Assembly (NCBI GenBank): GCA_963805305.1
Contig: CAWDTM010000008.1
Coordinates: 450,885 to 514,884, forward strand
Length of the DNA: 64,000 nucleotides
Direction: 5' to 3'
DNA from: an uncultured Chloroflexia bacterium
Lineage (GTDB): Bacteria > Chloroflexota > Limnocylindria > QHBO01
Numbering within the stretch: the stretch's first letter is position 1; every line of letters starts with the position of its first letter. The notes beneath the pieces were generated by a model that was not told the DNA's origin, searched no databases, and worked only from the letters and a program-made list of their open reading frames with translations. Shown here piece after piece: positions 34,945 to 43,007 of this stretch. Position numbers and translations under genes: made by a program.

Positions 34945-35036
34945 GGGCGGACCACGGCGGTCAAAAGGTCGACCTGACCGGCCGATCTGAGCGTGGCGAC
35001 GACGCCAACGGACGTCCGCGGACGGTATGGCCATCC

Positions 35037-35080
35037 CTGCAAAACCGCGTACACCGGTTCAATTCCGGTCGTCGCCTCCA
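35037..35080 (+). repeat. attR core (duplicated 3' 44 nt of tRNA-Cys; not a complete tRNA)
   Basis: It is identical to 21966-22009. The upstream sequence does not continue the tRNA: there is no D-arm and no 5' acceptor strand. Confidence 0.9.
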
Positions 35081-35234
35081 TCGTCTGAGCCCGGCATCGA
35101 CGGACATCCAGCCCCCTGTCATCCAGCGCTACACTCTCGTCCGAGGCTCCAGGCGCATCGGACGGCTCGCCTTCACACGCTCCTTGAGCGGGACGAAGTC
35201 ATCAGGCGCTTTCAGCGACCCGAGGAGCGCGCCG

Positions 35235-36143
35235 GTGGCTGATCGCACACTCGAAATCGACGCGATCTCCAAGCGCTACGGAAGCACCCCTGCCGTGCAG
35301 GAGCTCAGCTTCGAGGTCAGGGCCGGTGAGCTCGTCGGCTTCGTGGGGCGCAACGGGGCGGGCAAGACCACCACCATGCGCGTCGTGCTGGGAGTGCTCG
35401 AGCCGGACGCGGGTGAGGTGCGCTGGGCCGGGACCCGCCTCGACGTCGAGGCACGCCGGCAGATCGGCTACATGCCGGAGGAGCGCGGTCTCTACCCAAA
35501 GATGCGCGTGGCCGAGCAGCTGGCCTACCTTGGTGCGCTCCACGACATGACCGATGCCGACGCGCTGAGCGCCGCCGCGCACTGGTTGGAGCGCTTCGAG
35601 CTGGGTGAGCGCCGCAACGACGAGCTCCAGGCGCTCAGCCTGGGGAACCAGCAGCGGGTCCAGCTGGCCGCCGCTCTCGTCTTCTCGCCGGACATGCTCG
35701 TGCTCGACGAGCCCTTTGCCGGGCTCGACCCGGTGGCGGTGGACGTCATGAGCGTGGTGCTCCGCGAGCAGGCCGATGCCGGCCTCCCCGTGATCTTCTC
35801 CAGCCACGAGCTCGAGCTCGTCGAACGGATCTGCGACCGGGTCGGGATCATCGACCGCGGCCGGATGGTCGCCTGCGGCACGGTCGACGAGCTGCGCTCC
35901 GGCGGCCGCGAACGCCTGTGGCTCGACGTGCCAGGCGCCCCTGCAGACTGGGACGTCGGCGTGCCTGGCGCCCGGGTCGTGCAGGCCGATGGCTCGCGCC
36001 GGCTCCTCGAGCTCGACGACGGGGTGGACGACCAGGCCATCCTCCAGGCCGCACTGGTGACTGGGCCGGTTCGCGAGTTCGAACGAGCGCAGCCCTCCCT
36101 GGGCGAGCTCTTTCGCTCGGTCATCGAGGAGAGTGCGCTATGA
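35235..36143 (+). CDS. ABC transporter ATP-binding protein (ABC-2 / NatA-like)
   Basis: It has the Walker A GRNGAGKTTT, the signature LSLGNQQRV and the Walker B MLVLDEPFAGLD. I placed the start at the GTG at 35235. The rest of track ORF 34563-36143 runs through attR and is not coding. Confidence 0.85.
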   Translation: MADRTLEIDAISKRYGSTPAVQELSFEVRAGELVGFVGRNGAGKTTTMRVVLGVLEPDAGEVRWAGTRLDVEARRQIGYMPEERGLYPKMRVAEQLAYLGALHDMTDADALSAAAHWLERFELGERRNDELQALSLGNQQRVQLAAALVFSPDMLVLDEPFAGLDPVAVDVMSVVLREQADAGLPVIFSSHELELVERICDRVGIIDRGRMVACGTVDELRSGGRERLWLDVPGAPADWDVGVPGARVVQADGSRRLLELDDGVDDQAILQAALVTGPVREFERAQPSLGELFRSVIEESAL

Positions 36144-37315
36144 GCGCAGCACGCCGCAGGCGGCCGACGATCCTTCTCGTTGCCCGCCGCGAGGTCCTCG
36201 TCCGGGTCCGGTCGCCCGTCTTCGCGGGAACGACCGTCGGCATGGTGGCCGCGGTCCTCATCGCGATCTCCATCGCATCGCACTTCGTCGGCAGCCCTCC
36301 CGCGGTGCAGGTGGGCTTCGCCGGCGGATCCCAGGCCCTCGAGCAGGGCTTCACGGCGAACGCGGAGTACCTCGGCGCAACGGTGGCGGTCAGCGACGTG
36401 GCCGATGAGGCGACGGGCCGGGCCGAAGTCATCGACGGGACTCTTGATGCCTTGGTGTCCGGGTCGGCGACCTCTCCGATGGTCGTGGTCAAGGATGCGG
36501 CTCCGGCCTCGATCGATTCCGCCGTCTGGTTGGCTGCGGAGGCGGTCCGTCTCAGCGAGGCCGGACTTTCACCGGCAGCCATCACCTCGACGATGGTCGC
36601 CGTGCCCGTTGAGAGTCTGCAGCCGAGCGACCCCCAGTCCACGCAGAACGTCATCGGCGCCCTCGCGACCGCAATCCTGCTCTTCGTGTCGCTCAGCGCA
36701 TACGGAAACTTCGTCGCGCAGGGCGTCATCGAGGAGAAGTCGACGCGGATGATGGAGATCATGCTGGCCACGGTCCGGCCGAGCCAGCTCCTGGCCGGCA
36801 AGGTCATCGGCATCGGTCTGGTCGGCTTCGCCCAGATGGCCTGCGTGGGCGTGGCAGCCGTCGTCATCGTCGCGCTCACCCATTTCGCATCGATCCCCGC
36901 GCTGGGGGTGGCCACCATCCTTGGCGACCTTCTCTGGTTCGTGCTCGGCTTCCTGCTGTATGCCACCGGCTATGCAGCATTCGCCTCGCTCGTGTCACGC
37001 CAGGAGGAGGCCGCCGCCGCCGCCGCGCCCATCACGGTTCTGCTCTCGGGCGCGTACATCCTCATGTTCTTCGCCCTGCCGGATCCGGCCGCCCCATGGG
37101 TCGCGGTCATCTCCTTCCTTCCGCCGCTGTCTCCGATCTTCATGGCCATCCGAATGGCGAGTGGCAATCTGCCGCTCTGGCAGCTGGCGCTCGCCGTCGC
37201 GCTGACCGCAGCGAGCATCGCCGGGCTCACGTCGCTCGCCGGCCGCATCTACGCCAACGCGGCCCTTCATAGCGGCAAGCGCATGCAGTTCCTGGAGGCC
37301 TTCCGCGGCCGATAG
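36140..37315 (+). CDS. ABC-2 family transporter permease (NatB-like)
   Basis: The ATG at 36140 overlaps the ATPase stop (ATGA). It has an N-terminal TM, a large extracytoplasmic loop and a C-terminal five-TM bundle. Confidence 0.8.
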   Translation: MSAARRRRPTILLVARREVLVRVRSPVFAGTTVGMVAAVLIAISIASHFVGSPPAVQVGFAGGSQALEQGFTANAEYLGATVAVSDVADEATGRAEVIDGTLDALVSGSATSPMVVVKDAAPASIDSAVWLAAEAVRLSEAGLSPAAITSTMVAVPVESLQPSDPQSTQNVIGALATAILLFVSLSAYGNFVAQGVIEEKSTRMMEIMLATVRPSQLLAGKVIGIGLVGFAQMACVGVAAVVIVALTHFASIPALGVATILGDLLWFVLGFLLYATGYAAFASLVSRQEEAAAAAAPITVLLSGAYILMFFALPDPAAPWVAVISFLPPLSPIFMAIRMASGNLPLWQLALAVALTAASIAGLTSLAGRIYANAALHSGKRMQFLEAFRGR

Positions 37316-37351
37316 AGGCGTCGGCAGGCGGCCCCGGGCCGCCGGAGTGCG

Positions 37352-37879
37352 TCACCTGAGGGGTGAGCAATCGAACACCGACCAGCAGATATCGTTCCGT
37401 ATGCGCTGGTCGTCCAGCACCAGCTCGCGAATCGCCACGGGGAGCTGGTCACGCTGCCAGTGGCACTCGAGCCGCCCCGCACCGTCACCCTCTCCCGGCG
37501 GCGCAGCAGCACGCGCGGCCTTGATCGCATAGGCGGCCGCCCCCAGTTCGTGCGCGGCGACGTGGGCGACCGCCGCGGCCTGGGCCGCAGCGTAGGCAGC
37601 GTGCCGGGCCGCACCGCGAAGGTCCCTGGCCGCGGCGTCGGCATGGCCGGCCGCCGTGCGAGCCTGGGTCATGGTTACCTCCCCGCGCGCCCAGGCCCGT
37701 CCGAGCTCGATGGCGTGGCGAGGACGGACGTCGCCCGGCCGTGCCCGCTCGAAGAGGTCCAGGACGTGCTCCGCGCATTCGGCCGCCCAGACCGCCAGCC
37801 GGCGGTGATCGTCATCCGTGAGGCTGCCGCCCCGCCGGAGGGTGATGAGCCTCGGGTCGCGGACGTCACTCAGGATCAT
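37352..37879 (-). CDS. Hypothetical Ala-rich all-helical protein (175 aa)
   Basis: It is a clean ORF with paired helical segments (AARHAAYAAAQAAAVAHVAAHELGAAAYAIKAA). It is divergent from the AraC-type gene. I cannot confidently name a family. Confidence 0.55.
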   Translation of the reverse strand: MILSDVRDPRLITLRRGGSLTDDDHRRLAVWAAECAEHVLDLFERARPGDVRPRHAIELGRAWARGEVTMTQARTAAGHADAAARDLRGAARHAAYAAAQAAAVAHVAAHELGAAAYAIKAARAAAPPGEGDGAGRLECHWQRDQLPVAIRELVLDDQRIRNDICWSVFDCSPLR

Positions 37880-37997
37880 CGCGCCATTCTCCCTCTGCCA
37901 GCAGCCAAGGGCCGCAAGGGACGTTCAGTCTCGCCGGCGGACCTTCGCCAACCCCTGGCCGAGCGGCTGTCGGGAGGCGGGCGGTATCATCGGCGAC

Positions 37998-38417
37998 GTG
38001 GACCGCGACGATTTGGTACGTCTGCGGCGCGCCCGGGATCAGATGGATCGCGAGTACGCGCGCCCGCTCGATGTTGAGCAGCTGGCGCGCACGGCCTGCA
38101 TGTCGTCCGGGCATTTCTCGCGCAGCTTCCGCGCGGCATATGGCGAGAGCCCGTACAGCTACCTCATGACCCGGCGCATCGAGCGTGCTATGACCCTCCT
38201 GCGGCGCGGCGACCGTTCGGTCACCGAGGTCTGCTTCGAGGTTGGCTGCTCCTCGCTGGGGACCTTCAGCACGAGATTCACGGAACTCCTCGGCGAGACC
38301 CCGAGCGCCTACAAAGCACGAGACCACTCGTGGTCCGAACCGCTGCCGGCCTGCCTGGTGAAGGCTGCGCTGCGACCGGTCAGGAATCGAGAAGCGGCAT
38401 CGCCTGAAGGCGGATAG
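37998..38417 (+). CDS. AraC/XylS-family HTH transcription regulator (DNA-binding domain only)
   Basis: LARTACMSSGHFSRSFRAAYGESPYSYLMTRRIERAMTLL and VTEVCFEVGCSSLGTFSTRFTELLGETPSAY form the double HTH. I chose the GTG at 37998 because the upstream part of the track ORF overlaps the divergent gene. Confidence 0.8.
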   Translation: MDRDDLVRLRRARDQMDREYARPLDVEQLARTACMSSGHFSRSFRAAYGESPYSYLMTRRIERAMTLLRRGDRSVTEVCFEVGCSSLGTFSTRFTELLGETPSAYKARDHSWSEPLPACLVKAALRPVRNREAASPEGG

Positions 38418-38427
38418 CATCGACATC

Positions 38428-38838
38428 ATGGACGTGAAGCTGCAGAACTGCTTTCTTTCGGTGGACGATCATGAGAAGGCGATCGCGTTCTACCGCGACG
38501 CACTTGGCTGGGAGGTGCGCAACGACGTCAGCGCCTATGGCATGCGCTGGACCACGATGGGCCCGGCGTCGCAGCCGGGCGTAAGCGTCGTGCTCCAGCC
38601 GCCCGCCGCCGACCCCGGCATCTCCGCTTCCGACCGCCAGATGCTCAGCGATCTGCTTGCGAAGGGCCTTCTCGGAGGCCTGGTGCTCGCGACCGGTGAC
38701 GTCGACGCCGCGTTCGACCATGTGCTGGGAACCGGCGCCGAGGTGATCCAGGAGCCGATGGACCAGCCCTACGGCGTGCGCGACTGCGCCTTCCGCGACC
38801 CTGCGGGGAACCATATCCGGATCAGCCAGCCGCGCTGA
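38428..38838 (+). CDS. VOC (glyoxalase/bleomycin-resistance/dioxygenase) family protein
   Basis: It is 136 aa with FYRDALGWEV and PYGVRDCAFRDPAGNHIRISQ, which are typical VOC beta-alpha-beta-beta-beta modules. Confidence 0.8.
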   Translation: MDVKLQNCFLSVDDHEKAIAFYRDALGWEVRNDVSAYGMRWTTMGPASQPGVSVVLQPPAADPGISASDRQMLSDLLAKGLLGGLVLATGDVDAAFDHVLGTGAEVIQEPMDQPYGVRDCAFRDPAGNHIRISQPR

Positions 38839-41216
38839 TGGCGGCATCCCAGCCCGAGCCCGGAACAGCCGGCGACACCCACGATCGCATCCGGATCCAT
38901 GGGGCTCGCGAAAATAACCTCAAGGACATCAGCCTGGAGATCCCTAAGCGCCGGCTGATCGTGTTCACCGGCGTCTCGGGATCCGGCAAGAGCTCGCTGG
39001 TCTTCGCGACCATCGCCGCGGAGTCGCAGCGGCTCATCAACGAGACCTATCCCGCCTTCGTCCAGGGCTTCATGCCCGCGCTGTCGCGGCCAGAGGTCGA
39101 CCTGCTCGAGGGGCTGACCACCGCCATCGTCGTCGACCAGGAGCGGATGGGCGGCAACCCACGCTCCACGGTAGGCACCGCAACCGATGCGAACGCCCTG
39201 CTCCGCGTCCTCTTCAGCCGCATTGCGCAGCCGCACATCGGCTCCGCGCGGGCGTTCGCCTTCAACATTCCCTCGGTCCGGGCAAGCGGCGAGATCACCG
39301 TCGAACGCGGCGGCAGCGGGAAGACCACGACACGAGCCTTCAGCATCACCGGTGGAATGTGCCCGCGCTGCGATGGCCTGGGGTCGGTGACCGATGTCGA
39401 CCTGTCAGCGCTCTTCGACGAGGCGAAATCCCTCGCGGAGGGCGCGCTCACGATCCCGGGCTACACCCCCGGCGGCTGGGCGGTGCGGATGTACACCGAG
39501 TCCGGCTTCGTCGACCCCGACAAGCCGATCCGCGACTTCACCGAGCAGGAGCGCAACGACTTCCTGTACCGCGAGCCGTCCAAGGTGAAGTTCAACGGGA
39601 TCAACATCACCTACGAGGGCCTGGTGCCCAGGCTCCAGAAGGCCCTGTTCTCCAAGGAGATCGGCTCGCTGCAGCCGCACCATCGCACCTTCGTGGAACG
39701 CGCGGTGACCTTCACCACCTGCCCGGAGTGCGGCGGCACCCGGCTCAGCGCGGCCGCCCGGTCGTCGAAGGTCGGTGGGATCAGCATCGCCGATGCGTGC
39801 GCGATGGAGATCAGGGACCTGGCCGAGTGGGTGCGAGGGCTCGACGAACCCGCGGTGGCGCCGCTGCTGGCAGGGCTGCGGCAGACGCTCGACTCGTTCG
39901 TGGAGATCGGTCTCGGCTATCTCTCGCTCGACCGGTCGTCCGGGACGCTCTCGGGCGGTGAGGCACAGCGGGTCAAGATGATCCGCCATATCGGCTCATC
40001 GCTCACCGACGTCACCTACGTCTTCGACGAGCCCACCACGGGCCTGCACCCCCATGACGTCGAGCGCACGAACCGGTTGCTGCTGCAGCTGCGTGACAAG
40101 GGCAACACGGTGCTGGTGATCGAGCACGAACCGGAGGTGATCGCGATCGCCGACCACGTGGTCGACCTGGGTCCGGGCGCGGGCTCCGACGGGGGAGAGG
40201 TGTGCTTCGAGGGCTCGGTCGAGGACCTCCGGGCCAGCGACACGCTCACCGGCCGCCATCTCGGGGACCGGGCCGGCCTGAAGGCGGGGACCCGCACGCC
40301 GACCGGTCGCGTGGAGATTCGCAACGCCACCCTGCACAACCTGGAGGACGTGAGCGTGGACGTTCCCCTGGGCGTGCTCTGCGTGGTCACCGGCGTGGCC
40401 GGATCCGGCAAGAGCTCGCTGATCCACGGGTCGATGCCGAGCGGCGCCGGAGTGGTCGCGGTCGACCAGGCGCCCATCCGCGGGTCGCGACGCAGCAACC
40501 CGGCAACGTACACCGGGCTGCTGGATCCGATCCGGACGGCGTTCGCGAAGGCGAACGGCGTGAAGCCCGCGCTCTTCAGCGCGAACTCCGCCGGCGCCTG
40601 CCCGGCCTGCAACGGCAATGGCGTCATCTACACCGAGCTGGGATTCATGGAGACCGTGGAGACCGTCTGCGAGGAGTGCGAGGGCAAGCGGTTCGATGCC
40701 AGCGTGCTGGAGTACAAGCTCGGCGGCCGGGACATCAGCGAGGTGCTCGCCATGTCGGTCACCGAGGCGCTTGCCTTCTTCGGCGGCGGCGAGGTGAAGA
40801 CGCCCGCGGCCCGGACGACCCTGGCCAGGATGGCCGACGTCGGGCTCGGGTACCTCACCATCGGCCAGCCGCTGACGACGCTGTCGGGCGGCGAGCGGCA
40901 GCGGCTCAAGCTGGCCATCCAGATGGGCAGCGACGGTGGGATCTACGTGCTCGACGAGCCGACCTCCGGCCTGCACCTGGCGGACGTCGAGCAGCTCCTG
41001 GGCCTTTTGGACCGCCTCGTGGACGGCGGCAAGTCGGTGATCGTCATCGAGCACCACCTGGCGGTGATGGCCCACGCCGACTGGATCATCGATCTCGGCC
41101 CCGGCGCAGGCCATGACGGTGGGCGCGTCGTCTTCGCCGGCCCGCCCGCGCAGCTGGTCGCCGAGCGCGGGACGCCCACCGGCGACGCACTCGCCGCGTA
41201 CGTTCGGAACGCATGA
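38838..41216 (+). CDS. UvrA paralog (class II UvrA-like ABC ATPase, 792 aa, apparently shorter than canonical UvrA)
   Basis: It has two ABC modules ([31 protein letters not shown]; GVAGSGKSSL, LSGGERQRLKLA, VLDEPTSGLH) and zinc-finger cysteines (CPRCDGLG, CPECGG, CPACNGNG, CEECEGKRF). Its ATG overlaps the VOC stop by 1 nt. Confidence 0.9.
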   Translation: MAASQPEPGTAGDTHDRIRIHGARENNLKDISLEIPKRRLIVFTGVSGSGKSSLVFATIAAESQRLINETYPAFVQGFMPALSRPEVDLLEGLTTAIVVDQERMGGNPRSTVGTATDANALLRVLFSRIAQPHIGSARAFAFNIPSVRASGEITVERGGSGKTTTRAFSITGGMCPRCDGLGSVTDVDLSALFDEAKSLAEGALTIPGYTPGGWAVRMYTESGFVDPDKPIRDFTEQERNDFLYREPSKVKFNGINITYEGLVPRLQKALFSKEIGSLQPHHRTFVERAVTFTTCPECGGTRLSAAARSSKVGGISIADACAMEIRDLAEWVRGLDEPAVAPLLAGLRQTLDSFVEIGLGYLSLDRSSGTLSGGEAQRVKMIRHIGSSLTDVTYVFDEPTTGLHPHDVERTNRLLLQLRDKGNTVLVIEHEPEVIAIADHVVDLGPGAGSDGGEVCFEGSVEDLRASDTLTGRHLGDRAGLKAGTRTPTGRVEIRNATLHNLEDVSVDVPLGVLCVVTGVAGSGKSSLIHGSMPSGAGVVAVDQAPIRGSRRSNPATYTGLLDPIRTAFAKANGVKPALFSANSAGACPACNGNGVIYTELGFMETVETVCEECEGKRFDASVLEYKLGGRDISEVLAMSVTEALAFFGGGEVKTPAARTTLARMADVGLGYLTIGQPLTTLSGGERQRLKLAIQMGSDGGIYVLDEPTSGLHLADVEQLLGLLDRLVDGGKSVIVIEHHLAVMAHADWIIDLGPGAGHDGGRVVFAGPPAQLVAERGTPTGDALAAYVRNA

Positions 41217-41505
41217 GCGAGGCAGGTTCCGCATCTCCGCTACTGTGTGCCGGTGATCGACCGCCTCCGGCGCTGGTTTCGCCGCATTGGGATGGGAGAA
41301 CGTCGCTGGATTCCCGAACCTGACGAACGCCATCGGCACACCACGCTTGTTCGCGACCGCTTGCCCGCCAGTGGCGCGCACGGTGTCCCGCCCGACGAGG
41401 GGCGAACGGCGCCGGCGCCGGCCGATCCCACGGATTCCGTCATCCCCCCGAGCTGATGGGCTAGGCTGGGGCTCGACCCGGGCGTGTCCGGGACGCCCAA
41501 TCCGT

Positions 41506-41594
41506 GCCGGAGTGGCGAAACGGCAGACGCGGCCGGCTTAAACCCGGCGGTCCCGCAAGGGGCGTGGGGGTTCGAATCCCTCCTCCGGCACCAC
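41506..41594 (+). tRNA. tRNA-Leu(TAA), class II, CCA encoded
   Basis: The acceptor is GCCGGAG/CTCCGGC, the anticodon arm is GCCGG-CTTAAAC-CCGGC, the variable arm is long, the T-arm is GGGGGTTCGAATCCCTC, and the 3' end is A-CCA. Confidence 0.9.
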
Positions 41595-41596
41595 CG

Positions 41597-42802
41597 TCAG
41601 CGACGGCCGAACAGGCCCTTGCGCTGCGCGGTGGGCGCCGAGTTCGCGGGCTGGGCACTGATCCCGAGAATGTTCTGGGCCACCGAGCGCAGGGCGACGG
41701 CGGCCGGAGAAGCGGGACGGCTGATGACGAGCGGCACCCCCTCGTTCACGGCACGGATCATCTCCACCTCGGTGTAGGGGATCTCCGCCGCAGGGCGGGC
41801 GCGGAGCAGGTTCTCGATGTCCCGCGTCTTGAGCAGCTCCTTGGGAAAGATGTGGTTGACGACGAACTCGGTGCGGGCCCGAAGGGTCGCGGTCTCGGCG
41901 AGGTATCCGAGCATCAGGCTCGTGGCCCGCAGCGCGGCGATCTCGGGAAAGATGACGAACAGGTGGGTGTCCGCCTGCTCGAGCATCCACAGGATCCGCG
42001 GATCGAGTGCCGTACCGCAGTCGACGACGATGACGTCGAACCGTGGCCGCAGGAGGTCGAAGATCCTGGCCAGCTCGTCGACGCCGATGCGCGCCTCGGC
42101 GTCGGGGATGGACGGCGCAGCGAGAACCGCAAGACCGGAGCTGTGGCTCGTCAGGTAGGACACGGCCAGCTCCGCATCGGCCAGGGCCTGCTCGTCACCC
42201 GCCAATCCGGCGATGTCGAAGCGCGGGGTCAGGTTGAGGTGCGTGGCGACCTGGCCGAACTGGAGATCGAGGTCCACGAGCAGGACCCGCTGGGTCGGGA
42301 ATCCGGACCCCGCGTGCTCCCCCCCGGCGAGCAGGACCGCGGTGTTCACCGCGAGGGTTGTGGTCCCCACGCCGCCCTTCGGGGAGAAGAGGGTGACGAG
42401 GTGTCCCGCGGCCGTCCCGCGCTCCATGTCCGGACGTATGCGGCCGGAACGGATCAGCAGGGCCTGGACCCGCGCATCCAGCTCGCGGTGAGCCCACCCG
42501 GCCGGCAGGACGTCGTCTGCGCCGGCCTCAAGGAAGGCGATCCGCGCCTCGACGTCACCGGCGGGCGCCACCACCAGGCAGGGTGTCGGAACGGTGGAGG
42601 CGTTGCGGATGGAGCCGATGGCGCCCGTCACCGAGAGCCCATCTGCCACGACGAGGTCGAAGCTCGCATCGCGCAGCGCGGCCACAGCATCGGCCGGAGT
42701 CCGCACCGTGCTCACCGGATACCCGGAGGCCGTGAGTTCCTGCTCGAGCTTCGTGCGCAGCTCACCCGGCGGTGAGCAGAGGAGGATCGGGTTGCCTGCC
42801 AT
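41597..42802 (-). CDS. Receiver-like domain fused to a ParA/MinD-family ATPase (CpaE/Ssd-like)
   Basis: The N-terminal approximately 120 aa have a REC-like fold pattern (FDLVVAD...DDVL) but lack the N-terminal acidic pair. The deviant Walker A is LFSPKGGVGTTTLAVN, and the Walker B-like segments are VLLVDLDLQFG and VIVVDCG. Confidence 0.8.
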   Translation of the reverse strand: MAGNPILLCSPPGELRTKLEQELTASGYPVSTVRTPADAVAALRDASFDLVVADGLSVTGAIGSIRNASTVPTPCLVVAPAGDVEARIAFLEAGADDVLPAGWAHRELDARVQALLIRSGRIRPDMERGTAAGHLVTLFSPKGGVGTTTLAVNTAVLLAGGEHAGSGFPTQRVLLVDLDLQFGQVATHLNLTPRFDIAGLAGDEQALADAELAVSYLTSHSSGLAVLAAPSIPDAEARIGVDELARIFDLLRPRFDVIVVDCGTALDPRILWMLEQADTHLFVIFPEIAALRATSLMLGYLAETATLRARTEFVVNHIFPKELLKTRDIENLLRARPAAEIPYTEVEMIRAVNEGVPLVISRPASPAAVALRSVAQNILGISAQPANSAPTAQRKGLFGRR

Positions 42803-43007
42803 ACCGTCCTTCGTCGTTTTGGGCAGCGCGGGGTGGGCCGAGTATACGGGCCTCCGGAGTCGCGCGTTGCCCGAAGCCCTGGGCTTCGACTATACTTCCG
42901 GCGCGCCTCCGAACGCGGAGGCGGTTGTGTTGTTTGGCTCCTTTCTGCCGCATCGGCCACGCCCGTGATCGAGTGCCGCAGTCCCATAGAGAGGAGGCGT
43001 TCGGCTT

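Larger units (their letters stand above)
21966..35080. mobile_element. About 13.1-kb integrative genomic island inserted in the 3' part of tRNA-Cys
   Basis: A perfect 44-bp direct repeat bounds it (21966-22009 = 35037-35080). A tyrosine integrase starts 155 nt from the tRNA, and an excisionase-type HTH, a DUF3631-like protein and a serine recombinase lie inside. Local GC is visibly lower. No conjugation genes (FtsK/Tra-like) were seen. Confidence 0.85.

Noticed and set aside
35027-35242. A 71-aa ORF covering attR, and the idea that there is a second tRNA-Cys gene here.
   Set aside because: Only the 3' 44 nt of the tRNA are present, with no 5' acceptor strand or D-arm. The ORF simply reads through the repeat.
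41504-42775. A 423-aa plus-strand ORF overlapping tRNA-Leu(TAA) and the CpaE-like gene.
   Set aside because: It starts inside a tRNA and runs antisense to a gene with clear ParA/MinD motifs. Its composition is typical of a shadow frame.
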